A stretch of DNA of 63,854 nucleotides, the filler included, from Choristocarpus tenellus KU-1152 (taxonomy: Eukaryota > Protista > Phaeophyceae), in NCBI GenBank assembly GCA_964200185.2. It is 6 parts of 6 records of this genome, joined end to end, with 100 filler letters (N's around TTAATTAATTAA, not from the genome) between each part and the next. Parts side by side here need not be neighbours in the genome. Positions count along the whole stretch, not along the records: positions 1 to 27,349 come from CAXNAD020000147.1; positions 27,450 to 38,984 come from CAXNAD020002272.1; 4 more parts are not named here. One strand, written 5' to 3'. Under the pieces are notes generated by a model. It was not told the origin of the DNA. It saw nothing but the letters and a program-made list of their open reading frames with translations, and did no database searches. The position numbers were made by a program, and so were the translations under genes. Positions within the stretch are counted from its first letter, which is position 1; each line of letters starts with the position of its first letter. Below are positions 25,001 through 35,850 of the stretch, one piece after another.

Positions 25001-27349
25001 TTGGTTGCCATACGTTGGATGGATAATGCAAATACGCTTTTCCCGATTTTGGTGCAAATGGACACCCTCGTGTAGACCCTCCTCCCCCCCCCCCGCCAGA
25101 TACTTTGGATTTGCAGCTGCGCTGGGTTGTAGACCCAAAGCTGTACATTGGGTATTGGTTTAACATGTTTTTCGACCCTAGGTCTTACCATGTGGGGATC
25201 GTTACCATATTTCTAACTTCAGTCATTTCCTTTCGATCAGCAATGACTGGGTACCTACAATGTACTCTGAGTGGTATACAGCACCAGTCTCTTTGACTAC
25301 TGTGTCCCCAAGATGGAAACCAGGGCTTGTACAACAAGATTTAGGGTGCATGTTACGTGGACAAAGAGTATACCCATGTGCACTGTACACAGTTGAAGAT
25401 GCGGGCCACCAAGAAGTGAGGGAGGGAGCACGAGGAAAAATGACTCTTCTATCAAACACCTTCCTCAGGCCCTCAATAAGCTTGAACTCCTCCACCAATG
25501 CCAATTCCTTGGTGTTTGAGTCGTCGGATACAAATGTTGATCATTCCATCTTCATCGATTTCCCACAGTCTGCTGACAAAGACATATGAACAATGTTTTA
25601 CATTCCCCGTACTATTGCCTGATGTTCTGTCATTACCTCACACTGTTTGCACCTCCAGTTACTACATACAGGAGTCGTTGCAGTGAAGCACACAGTGAGA
25701 CCCTCACAGAAGGGTCCTTCTTCAATTCCCCAAGAACTCTACACTGACAATGAGCATTGACAATAACGAGTTCTCCGGTATCCCTTCCAAACATACCGAT
25801 AAGAACGCTCTCTCTATATATATATACATATATTTCCCTTTAATCCCACTACTGCAGGTGGCCATGTCTTGCAAAGGTCGGCAAGTGTACTCAAGTAACA
25901 GTGGTTTATTGAAGAATTAGCACATTGTTCAGATTCACAAAGTATGCTATCCTCAAACGATCAACAATTGGATTCTTGGGACAAGCCTGATACGCATGAG
26001 ATAGGGTCGGACACTGCGTTATACTTCATATCATGCACACCTGATTGAGGACAGGTGCCGGGGTACGTGCCTCGAGAATTGCAGAAGCATTTGTATGTAG
26101 GAGGTCAGTTTCGTCTCCAGATGCTGCAGCATCGCCGTGAATATAGCTGATGGGGATATGAGTCAAAGTGTCTTAGAGGGTAGAGCCGCGTCCGTTTGGG
26201 GGTCAAAATCCAATGTTGGGATATTGATGTAATTTTGGTTATTGTGTTTGTTAGGAAGTGTAAATATCCTTGTTCCAGACACACCTTTTCACAATGTATA
26301 CATTTTTCCTACTCTGAAACATTTCGGAGTTGGAAAATGTCATAAAAAACCTTGGGAAGCCAAGTCCCAAATGGACAAACAGAGCAAAATCTGTACCCTC
26401 TAAGATACTTTCACTCTACTGCAATAGTGCTTGGGTGTGTACACTGCTCAGTTTGTTGTTTTTTGAAGAGTGTGTTGGAACTTTATTCCCCTGAGTACGA
26501 AGATGGCTATCTCCACAATTTTCTAATCTGCACTATGGACCCACACAAATTGGTAAAACGGGTATCAATGTTTTTATCGTTTTTCTGGGGAGTGTCAAAC
26601 TCTTAACAAGACAGTGGCATGCACCCATGGCATTGTGTGAAGGAAATCTAGCATACTACTCTCGGACAAAAGTGGGGAAGTTGTCACCATAAGGCAAATG
26701 AGACCTCTATTGAAAATTCTGCATGCACCCACCCTCCAGCAAGGAAGATGGTTTGACCTGCCACCAAGGTTGCAGTTTCATTGTCGTACACAACCTCTGC
26801 CTGGGTCCCAGTTGGCCATATGCACCAGTAGTCTTCACCTAGAGTTCTTCGAGTGGCAAATGACAGCAGCCGGGTGATGTTGCACCTATACCAGACACCA
26901 CCATCAAAGCCAAATGAAGGGAGACTTAGGATTGCGGCAATTGGTATTGTGGGAGAAATGTTTCTTTTTCCAATCCTCACAACTGGTTGTGTATGAATTA
27001 TGAGATGGTGGGACACCAGGTGGTAAATACAGCAGTGTTATTTGCGATTGAAGTCTCTAAACAAACGGCACCCTACCAGTCATATGATCAACACCAAACA
27101 AAATCTGGTTAACGAAAGGAGCTCACCCTGAGCGATGTGAGAGGCAAGGCTCTGAACCGTCCCAGTCACTACAAAACCCATAGCCATCGAACGTTAAGGT
27201 AAACATGAAGGATGTGTCAGACAGAATTGCCGACATAAGTCCTGGAGAGGGTGCCAGTATATGTGTTGGTTCCAGTGTAAAAGGTGATTGTGTTGGAGAT
27301 GGAGTGGGATGTGGGGTGGGATGTGGGGTGGGATGTGGTGTGGGATGTG
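871..27349 (-). CDS. Large multi-exon polycystin-1 (PKD1)/REJ-GAIN-GPS membrane receptor-like protein, partial at both ends
   Basis: Manual splicing gives 26 phase-consistent exons (5'->3'): 27349-27127, 26885-26733, 26146-26041, 24830-24665, 23584-23361, 22055-21769, 21224-21121, 20447-20368, 19888-19751, 18531-18465, 17787-17721, 17355-17229, 10638-10543, 10322-10197, 9828-9770, 8826-8735, 8612-8440, 8068-7957, 7140-7028, 6198-6034 (alternative acceptor near 6300), 5864-5727, 3642-3470, 2877-2735, 2228-2029, 1729-1451, 1056-871. REJ-type motifs: VGSCGQFSLDARSSSGGAGRAL..W, LVLDASGSTDED, YTFVLNVTK, LIIRPNKL..G.SYTFRL, VNSAPHGG, WTDDEDDLP, LPMG....N..ITL...SDSLGA. These are followed by GPS and TM. 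Small extra exons may be missed. Confidence 0.9.
1451..1729 (-). CDS. Exon encoding GPS autoproteolysis motif of the REJ-GPS protein
   Basis: VKTLALPVTVNM...CAFWDAAANVWDDAGV...VSCTSVHLTEFAI; AAG acceptor and GTGAGC donor; phase 0/0. Confidence 0.92.
2962..3219. mobile_element. MITE family C (reverse, degenerate ends)
   Basis: Internal atttctatggataaagtgcta...gggtacctcttattaactttggccc shared with other C copies. Confidence 0.8.
4849..5092. mobile_element. MITE family A (variant), 3-bp TSD ACT
   Basis: TIR gacccaaagcatttaagagggtagg / cctaccctcttaaatgctttaactc flanked by act/act. Confidence 0.9.
7472..7742. mobile_element. Single divergent MITE related to A/B (family D)
   Basis: gacccataatgtcctagagg / cctctaagatactataggtc termini, with subterminal tccattcgggg / cctgaatggac. 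Confidence 0.6.
8440..8612 (-). CDS. REJ-domain exon
   Basis: FSEVSILVNSAPHGGFIGASPLKGEAALDTFFLENLSWTDDEDDLPILLSFSY; CAG acceptor, GTGAGA donor. Confidence 0.9.
9151..9409. mobile_element. MITE family A
   Basis: gagtgaaagtatcttagagg...cctctaagatacgttggttc; internal sequence shared with other A copies. Confidence 0.9.
11363..11458. repeat. (CATA)n microsatellite
   Basis: About 24 perfect CATA units preceded by degenerate catagata units. Confidence 0.98.
12879..13136. mobile_element. MITE family A (variant, reverse orientation), TSD AAG
   Basis: gacccaaagcatctaagaggg...cctcttaaatgctttgggtc flanked by aag/aag; splits the transposase motif GDNVFKIPH. Confidence 0.92.
13273..13451. mobile_element. 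MITE family B, 4-bp TSD TGCA
   Basis: gacccaaagtgtctgg...ccagatactttgatcc flanked by tgca/tgca; removal restores VIPAIKAR. Confidence 0.92.
14307..14488. mobile_element. MITE family B, TSD TTCA
   Basis: ggttaaaagtatttg...agatactttgggtc flanked by ttca/ttca. Confidence 0.9.
15773..16031. mobile_element. MITE family A
   Basis: gagagaaagtatcttcgagggtac...caagatactttggctc. Confidence 0.9.
16891..17149. mobile_element. MITE family C
   Basis: gagccaaagtaaacgagaggtacccag...ctgggtacctcctgtttactttgactc; flanks cgt/tgt. Confidence 0.9.
20086..20345. mobile_element. MITE family A
   Basis: gggtgagagtatcttagagggta...taccctctaagatactttgactt. Confidence 0.9.
21769..22055 (-). CDS. Exon at start of REJ region
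   Basis: VVGSCGQFSLDARSSSGGAGRALSSIW...LEPGVLFGFSVAVGNFL; joins in frame to the preceding exon ending SSPQ. Confidence 0.88.
22872..23044. mobile_element. MITE family B
   Basis: ggctcaaagtatctggggg...ccagatactctt; right end degenerate. Confidence 0.85.
23361..23584 (-). CDS. Exon of second pre-REJ Cys/Trp module
   Basis: Phase-1 join T|GT gives LGADALCLWTDAHTLEVTLGLGATI; GTAAAT donor. Confidence 0.85.
24926..25111. mobile_element. MITE family B, TSD TGCA
   Basis: ggctcaaagtatctgg...ccagatactttggatt flanked by tgca/tgca. Confidence 0.9.
26160..26416. mobile_element. MITE family A (reverse orientation)
   Basis: gagtcaaagtgtcttagagggtag...taccctctaagatactttcactc. Confidence 0.9.
27304..27349 (-). 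repeat. 12-bp coding minisatellite encoding (HPTP)n stalk of the REJ-GPS protein
   Basis: gtgggatgtggg units, in frame with exon 27349-27127; the contig breaks inside it. Confidence 0.85.
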
Positions 27350-27449
27350 NNNNNNNNNNNNNNNNNNNNNNNNNNNNNNNNNNNNNNNNNNNNTTAATTA
27401 ATTAANNNNNNNNNNNNNNNNNNNNNNNNNNNNNNNNNNNNNNNNNNNN
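27350..27449. other. Artificial contig spacer (also at 38985-39084, 48091-48190, 55365-55464, 60689-60788)
   Basis: Identical N44-TTAATTAATTAA-N44 blocks that place stop codons in all six frames. Confidence 0.98.
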
Positions 27450-27612
27450 CAACCCATAGGGAGCAGTGCGACTAACTCCCTGTGCCCCCCCCCCCCCCCT
27501 CAATTTTAGCGAGCAGTGCAGATTACCCACACTTTTCATCCCTCTAATTAACTAACCATGACCCTATCACATGATCTCTCCCTTAACCATTCTGTTGCCT
27601 GTGTGTTCCAAG

Positions 27613-28254
27613 CTCCTCTGGGCAACCAGTGTCTGGTTTCATGGAAAGGTTTCATTCGTCAGAGAGTATTTTGATGCGATACGAAAGACGAAGTTTCCAT
27701 CCTCCCACGACAAGGAGGAGGGTGTGCCCCAGAGTCGGTCCCTTGTAGCACCAGTGCGTACCCTTTCTACCAGGAGCTCACAGTCTATTCCGATAAACCA
27801 AATCAATTCCGAAATGGAACAAAGAAACAGCTTCCGAATTCCAGAGCGACTTGGAAGCACCTGGCGTGCCAGGCCTTCAAGCTCCCGGCGCACTGGAAGT
27901 GATGATTTCTTGCTTCGCAGTCTTAGTAAAGGTGATGTTTACAGTGGGTCTGACAAAGTTATTTGATATATCAACCATTATCGTTTACCCTGGAGGTTTG
28001 TTTTCTAAACATTCCATGCGCACACCTTTTCATTCATATGCGTGTGTGTGTGTATGTGTGTGTACCTGAATACATACAGCTCTATGCATGCCATCCCAAT
28101 TGACATTTTTACCTCTTTGGCAGGTGGGTCTGGTGTAAATGAACTGCAGACACCGATGAAGTCTAGTCTGCATGTGAAGGAGTCGTATGCTCCTGAAAAG
28201 AAGAAGGTTGATCCTCAATACCCACATTCAGCACTACGTGGGCAGGCAAAATAA
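27613..28254 (+). CDS. Last two exons of an unidentified gene (27613-27931, 28124-28254)
   Basis: Open exon LLWATSVWFHGKVSFVREYFDAIRK...LRSLSK, then G|GTGATG donor, ttggcag| acceptor in matching phase 1, ending ...ALRGQAK TAA; no recognisable family. Confidence 0.55.
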
Positions 28255-30024
28255 GGACATTTTCTTGTGTCTCACATGGAGAAAAATATATTGTGGGCAT
28301 GTGTCTAATGACTGAGAATGCTGGGATGGAAATAAAAAATGGCAGTGGGGAAAACTTTGTGTATTTGTTTACACAGATCATGATCGGCACATAAATGAAG
28401 GTGGACTGGAAGATTGCAATCCAGTCTATGAACTTGATGGGAATGACCTAACTGGTATTATTGTCAGTATTATTAGTAGTACGCATATGAAGTTTTGCCC
28501 ATTCTTAGCCCCTTGTGGTTAACGGGAACAGTGTCAGTGATGTAGATGTATCTATTTAGGAAGCCATGCCTGGCATACTGTCAGGTAGTGTGGAATGATG
28601 CAGACAGCTCAAAGGAATGCAATATGCATCCCAAGTCTCAGGGGCAGGTGCCCCTCCCATGCCATTCCGGCAAGAACACACACACACATACACACACACA
28701 TACAGAGAGAGAGAGAGAGTAACATAGTGAAGAAGTAAAATATTTTCACGTGGAGTAATGCTATATTGTACCATCTTTGAACGCAAAAAAGCAGCCACAA
28801 TGAACTACATCGGCATGAGTTACACAGCTAGTGAACATTCTTCAATTTGGAAGGTGTGTCCACTAGGTCGGAGAGTCACAACTCCCTATCTTTCTGCTGT
28901 TGGTTTCAAAGTCATCAATCCATCGCTAATCTGATGCTTTATAATACAATGTGTCAGTAGTGCTTGTCCATAACATACCTGTTCTGTATCAGGCAGGCTA
29001 AATTCATTCTCGTTGAAAAAGGGTGGTGGTCCCTACTCCTTCCAACTCAAAGGTCGACTGTTCTCTCTACTGTGATATCTGTCTAGCGTATTTTACTCCA
29101 GAGTGCTTCGAAGAATTAAGTAATCAGGTGGAGTTAAATTGATCGATTTTCCATGCTGGTATCAAACTTGTGATTTAACGCATCATGCACCAATGACCCT
29201 CAACCAGAATTCCTAGACACATAGTATATCATACCATCACAGAAACACTTTGTCTGAGAGTGGGTATATCGAAGGCTACTTCTATGCATCAAAGTCATTC
29301 ACAGCCATCCTCACTTAGGAGAGAGAGATCAATTTTGAAGATCCTTGAGAATTTAAGTTCCTTTTTGAATCTCCTGTCAGGCACCCAATTTCCCATGCCT
29401 GACATGTAGCAAATTTACATTAGGAGGTAGTGATTGTAGAAGAGGAGAACATTTGTCCACATAATGAGTGCGAAATAGCCCTCAGAGTGTTGGAAGCATA
29501 TGGACTGGAAGGAGGTTACGGGGTCCCAAATACTCAAACACACACACCCTTAGGATATGGTGGCTTTCATGACTGCTGTTGTGAATCAGGGATATAGCAG
29601 TAGTAGCATGACTTAGATTATAGTCAGGTACTGCTTTCTTTCTTTTGGCACCTTTTCATAAGTCCTGAGTAGGACCACACAACTCCAAGTGCCCCTGGTC
29701 AACTGTCGAGACCACCTACGTAATACAACTTCAAGTATACACTTTAAACTCGGAAGGCATTCCTCCTACACTACACAAAAAACTATATTCTACTTACTAG
29801 CTATTATATTGGTATAGTATGGGGTGGTGGTTGTTTATGGTATAGCAGTACATAGAATATATCCAGCAGCTCAAGGTTATTATTTTAGCACATTGATTTT
29901 TTAGGTTATACTTTCAAGTATGAAACAGTTTCTGCTTGTTTGTATGCCATTTGTCCTGGAGTAGCTATTGTAAACAGTACTGTCTTTACATGGTTACTAT
30001 AATATTGTAATAGCTTTCCTTTCT

Positions 30025-30284
30025 GAGTCAAGGTAAACAAGAAGTACCAGGGTTGCATTTTAAGAATGCTGACAAATGTGTGCAGATCTCGTTTTTTTAC
30101 AAGTGCTTAAACGAACTTTTCTGAATGATGTGTCGAAAAATTTCAAATAATAGAGAGAGATCAACAGTATCAAGTTAAAATTAGCAAGTCATCCATAGAA
30201 ATATGGGTGAATTGCAAAATATTGAAAAACAGGTTTTTAATGAAAAATGGTCAAAACCTGGGTACCTCTCATTTTCTTTGGCTC
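30025..30284. mobile_element. MITE family C, TSD TCT
   Basis: gagtcaaggtaaacaag...ttctttggctc flanked by tct/tct. Confidence 0.88.
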
Positions 30285-33200
30285 TCTATGAATAAAGAAG
30301 AGGTTATGAATGGTATGAGAAAGAAATGGACTTAATACACATTTAACTGGGGTAATAATGAGCACTGCCAACCCTACAAAAAAAAAATGTAGTTGAGTAG
30401 TAGTGAGTCGAGTTGATTCAACCCAATCCGATCAAAGGTATCCAGCATATCAGAAAGCCATCCAACAATACATCACTCACTCGAATTCTGTGGTAGTTGT
30501 GTTTATTACCCCGAATGAATTGGACTCATTGTCCTAAGTGCTGTTTCAGAGGCCTGACCTTGATACCATTTTTTGTTGGACTTCTGTTAGGGTCCATGCA
30601 TGACGTCATAGCACTGGATTTAGTTCCGTTATTGAGAGGTACGCTGACAGTACAGGGTTGAGAACGGGCAATACCTTAGTCACACCCAGGGCACTAGGCT
30701 CAAGTCTAGAAACAGGTCACACGGGTCTACTGATATATTATGGCAGCATAAGCCCTCCACCTTCACACTCTAAAATAGCATTCTACAGTCAGGAAAAAAC
30801 GCGGAAGGACAAAGTGAGACCCAAAACAGATAGTCACTTATCACACACCAATAATTGTCAAGATCGTATAGATAGCAGAGTCCTCGAATATATATATTTT
30901 TTTAACTGTGAAGCCAAGGGTCGATCCGAAATATTTCGACATGTATCACCTCAAAATATAACACATACACAGATCTTAAAACAGAGCGGATGGTCCCCCA
31001 GCAGCATCAAGATCCAAATGCAATACTAGGATTTTACAGTGTCGCAGTGAAACAAGTTCTTGGTTCGCAAGAGGATGTCTGAACCTACACAACACAAGAA
31101 CTCAGGTCCAAGGGGGTACAAATCAAGTCAACAACCATTCGGCCATGCTCTCGCCCACAGAAGGAGGATCTGCCCTTGTCAGTGGCTCCAAACCATCACA
31201 CAGCTGGGTCATGGTCCAGCGTGTTGTTGGATTAGGGTCCAGACTTCCACAGAGGATTTCCCTCATCTGGATCTACACGTTTGGGCCGCCGGGAGCTATG
31301 CTGACTACTAGGTAGAAGGATGTTGACCACAGCAGGGTGAACACCAACACAACACTCCTCAGTAGTGCGCTGCTGATTAAATCTACAATACTGAGTCAAG
31401 AAAATTGAGAGATGGTTTTGAACTCTTTGCATTCTAAGTCATCTTTCTTAACCTGTGCATTTTACTCTATTTCATTGCCTAATTTCCATAATAGTGTACA
31501 CAACATTGATCATTCCCCTTTCTGCGCACAAGGTGACACCAAATTTCACCAAAGATTCCTTCTCCAAGAGTATAAAGAGGTTATTATTGCCCTATCTCAG
31601 AATCCTTAAAATGAAATCCTACCTACCCCTCGATTTGATTCACAGCCAAGTTGTAGCTCAGACACAAGAAAAAAAAAAAAGATAGGATGCTGTCCTATAT
31701 CTTTTCAAAGCTATTGCTACCAGTCACAATGATGTGAAAAATCCCCTCAAACTCTGCACCCTGCAAAGTTTTAAATAGACGTAATTGCCCAATGTACACT
31801 GCACTACACTTACATTTCATTCTTAAACCAACAAAACCACACCCCAAATTCATACCCCTTCCCCTCCACCACTGCCATTGCATACTACCTCATAGGTTCT
31901 GCCCTCCAGTTCCAAGGAGCTGACCTCCAGCAACTCCTCAATTGCAACAGTCTGTTGGCATTACAGCAAACATTCAACATTGTATCACCAGTCACATCAA
32001 CATTAGAAATATATGACACAGTATTATTGTACATAATCCAAATGGCCCTTGCAAAGTGTGCCTGTTGTTGAAGTATTCCTCACTGGACCCGTGGCTTTGG
32101 TGCTTTGATGAAGGACAATGAATAGCTTGATGTAGATATGCAATGTTAATATTACAAGGGGCTTGTGGTCTCAATTCCGTTGACAGAATAGGTGGGTGAG
32201 ACAAGCCTAGACTATCGTTACTATTCCTATAGTGTGGGGTTTGCAATCGTCGACACTATTTTACTATGAATCACTCATTTACTTGTCTTAAGTATGGTAA
32301 GTGTATCTTGAACATAAACACAGAAATCAATGGACACTAGTGAGTCAATATAGTTTATGGTATAACTATCGCTGGCTCTCCATCCTATTATCTAATCCAC
32401 CGGTGGTGTCTATAGTGTATCACTAGAACTATCTACGAACACCTGTGGCGTATGTACTGTAGGCAATGGGAAATCAATAGCCAAAGGGTCCATACACCCC
32501 ACCATTGCTCCGTACAGTCTACTACACCTCCAAAAGTGGTTCAAGCTACATTGCTACTGCATGCAAATGCACTAATCAAATCCAGTTACTTAATTGTTGA
32601 AAAATAGTGGAATAACCCTCTCAAGGAAGACCACAACAAGCAGCAGCCATGAAAGAAAGTTCGCCATACATCAATACGTGTCTTGAGGTGGGCTTATCAG
32701 GATTTCTAACCCTAAGTGAGAAACAAATACAAGTGAAGGCTTGCTATTAAGACTAGAAATTTCAGGAACATGCTCCATCAAAACTGACTATTGGTATTAC
32801 TAGATTTCAACTCACAGTGCAGTCACTCTTAATGTGTCAGAAAGCAGGTATGCTCCACAGAAACGTATAATCACATTTAGGTCACAATTTGCATTGCTGC
32901 AGCAAGATCACATTGAGAGGGGGTGCCCACAAGACACATCATGTATGCTGAGACTGCAAGGAATGCCAAGTTTCATTGATTTCATAGAGAGTGAACGGGT
33001 GGTACAGAGATTTTTTTTGTTGCTGCTGAGGATGAGATTTTCTGTCTACATTGAACCCCACAAGCTACAGTACTCCAGTGATCCTAAATGCTGCGATGAT
33101 CAAACATCATACAAGCAGTTTCTATTTTCCAGGTGAATATTGAGTTCAGACCAGGGTGGCATGTTTTTCCCTATATGCTTTTCGACTAAGCAAAATATGA

Positions 33201-33754
33201 CTTGTTTCATATGGTTTGTGAAGAGTTTGTTCAATGTGTGAGGTGAGGTGAAGCAGAAGTAGAGACAAGTGTGGCTCTAAATTGTAGGGCCCACTGCACA
33301 CTGTGGAGGTATCATGTGCCCACTCTACACACTACATCCTACCCCCGGTTTAACAAAACAGGTATGTGCTCATGGGCAACTGGAGGAGGTCACATTTCTC
33401 CAATGGTGATAGTTAGATGCCTCAGTACTGTTGAAGTTGTGATGATTACAACTCTTTGGTCATCCTTTTGGACACTGCAATATATAGGTCATGAAGTAGC
33501 TGTTGATTCAAGAACACGGTCTTGGAGGTTTTGTTCTACCTGTGGCCTCCACTCCACACCTGTTCTACAACGAGAGTGAGACTAATGTTGCATGCCCACC
33601 CCTGAAAACCGCATTCTGGATCATTGAATTGTCTTTGAAAAATGTGTCCTACTAGTGGCAGTGGCAGTGGTTATCCCTAGCTGAAGTCCAAACGGCCTGT
33701 TCGTAACTAGAGCCGGTCAGGGGGATTGTTGTCATCATGTCAACCTTCACTTCT

Positions 33755-34274
33755 GAGTGAAAGTATCTTAGAGGGTACGAATTTTTTCCTGTTTGTCCAT
33801 GTGGGGATTGGCTTCCCATGGTTTTTTATTGACATTTTATCTACTCCAAAATGTTTCGGAGTAGGTAAAATCTATACATTATGAAATAGTGAAAGTATCT
33901 TAGAGGGTAGAGCCGCGTCCATTTAGGGGACAAATCCAATGTTGCAATTTTGATGTAGTTTTGGTTATCATATATTTTAGGAGATGTCAATATCCTTGTT
34001 GCAGACTCACCTTTTCGTAACGTATGCATTCTACCTACTCTGAAACATTTTGGAGTAGGTAAAATGCCATTAAAAACCCGTGGGAAACCAGGCCCCAAAT
34101 GGACAAACAGGGCAAAACTCGTACCCTCTAAGATACTTTCACTCAATAGGAGTGTCCAGACAAGGATATTGACATCTCCTAACAAACATGACAGTCAAAA
34201 TTACATCAAAATTGCAACATTGGATTTTGGCCCCCAAATGGACGCGGCTCTACCCTCTAAGATACTTTTGGCTT
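33755..34274. mobile_element. MITE A (TSD TCT) containing a second, inverted MITE A at 33888-34144 (TSD AAT)
   Basis: Host halves 33755-33887 and 34148-34274 rejoin into the family A consensus; the inner copy is complete and reversed. Confidence 0.9.
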
Positions 34275-34871
34275 TCTTCAAGTGGCACGGTTCCCACTCA
34301 AGTGCATTTGGTGAAGCTCCTGGCTTCTAGCGGCAAAGAAGCAGGTTATCCTGTTTTTCTCCGGGTGGTAGTAAGACAAAGCTCCTTCAACAAGAGGTTT
34401 GTTGGCAAGTTTGGAGATCGACATAATTATCTACAGCCACCTGAAGATAGTAGGTATGGTAAATATTGAGGCTGAGCTCGGGCTATCCCTTGATCAACCA
34501 ATCTTTACTTGTATGTGGCCGACTGTGACTGATTCCTCTTCTCCATTGAGGGCAATGGGCTGAGAAATTTTGGAATAGGGAAGCAGACTGCTTCAAACTC
34601 CAACACCTCATACCCAAACATCTTGTGTCCGGCAAGCACAGCTCTTATGATTGAGGTCAAACTCCATTGAAGCTGCACCTTAGTTACAACCCTGTGACTT
34701 TATCACACCATAGAATAATCTTGGTCCTATCAAGACAAAAGTGATTCCTTGTTTGCAAGGCAATAACCCTGATCCCTTATTCCACATGTGGCTCTCCGTC
34801 CATGTGATTGGTCCTACTGGTGCTGCTGAAATTTGTTGCAGTTTGCCTCCTCATGTCAATGTGGTACAGCT

Positions 34872-35054
34872 GGCCAAACATATCTGAGAGGGGGTGGCGG
34901 CTGTCCATTTGGGGTCAATTTTTTCATGTCGCGATTTTTGGGTGGTTTGGGTTGCATATGTCTGAAGGATATAATGTAAATGCACGTTTCCTGATTTAGG
35001 GCCAAATGGACACCCTAGTGTAGACCCCCCCCCCTCCCCGAGATAACTTTAGTC
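34872..35054. mobile_element. MITE family B, TSD AGCT
   Basis: Family B internal sequence flanked by agct/agct. Confidence 0.88.
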
Positions 35055-35505
35055 AGCTACATGCCGATGGTCTTGGAGGCGTGGGATGGGAATGTTAGGG
35101 AGTACCTCACTGAGAGGTACACCCAGTATGCTCTCAATCAGGACTTGATTTACCATCTGTACAAATGTTTGTAAGGTGAAAAATCTCTAGAAATATTTGT
35201 ATATGCTGAAATGGGATAGTCCACCATGACGAAAAGACTGCAAATTTGATCATTTCTAACGCAAGACTATTCCCCCAATCGAGGTTGGTGTTCCTCTCTG
35301 TCTCCTAAAGATGTACTCTCGCAGATGCCGTTGCAAATGATCAAATTTGCGGGTTTTACATCATGTTGGACTATCCCACTTCAGCTTGTACAAATACTAT
35401 TAGGGAATTGACATTTCACCTCGGAATTTTGTACAGATGTCATGTCAAGTACTGATTAAGAGCATACTGGGTAAACCCGCCTACAAGACCATTGACAGTT
35501 TGCTG
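35055..35505 (+). ncRNA. Long imperfect fold-back 1, candidate miRNA/hairpin-RNA precursor
   Basis: Colinear complementary blocks: atggtctt/aagaccat, cccagtatgctct/agagcatactggg, catctgtacaaa/tttgtacagatg, gctgaaatgggatagtcca/tggactatcccacttcagc, gcaaatttgatcattt/aaatgatcaaatttgc. The inverted repeat is certain; RNA function and strand are inferred. Confidence 0.55.
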
Positions 35506-35850
35506 GGGAAGATTGGTTAGGTTTGCTTTGCTTTTTGGAGTACGATGGACGGACGACTCGAATCCCACACTCCCACTCTAACTCCCTTAGATTGACTTGT
35601 ACTACCTTGAACGGGTCTGCTACACATGTATAGTACAAAGGGATGTTGATTGTGTTGAAATTTGGTTGGTGGAGTTTGGACTGGTGTTAGGGTCATGGTA
35701 GCTAGCAGTATATATTGATTGATTTGTGACATGTACTACATTCAAAAATATTCATGCTGCTTGGTTTCAAGTTCTCAGGGTTGCAATGATGCTACAATCT
35801 GGATGAGTACAGTGGGTTGATCTGGGGGCAGTGTGGACAAATAATTAATC

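Noticed and set aside
25140-25385. Weak inverted repeat (four short colinear complementary blocks) in an intron
   Set aside because: Blocks are short with very asymmetric gaps and could be chance or a decayed TE
33151-33604. hAT-type MITE with CAGGG(G)TGG(G)CATG ends
   Set aside because: Short imperfect inverted match, no 8-bp TSD, single copy
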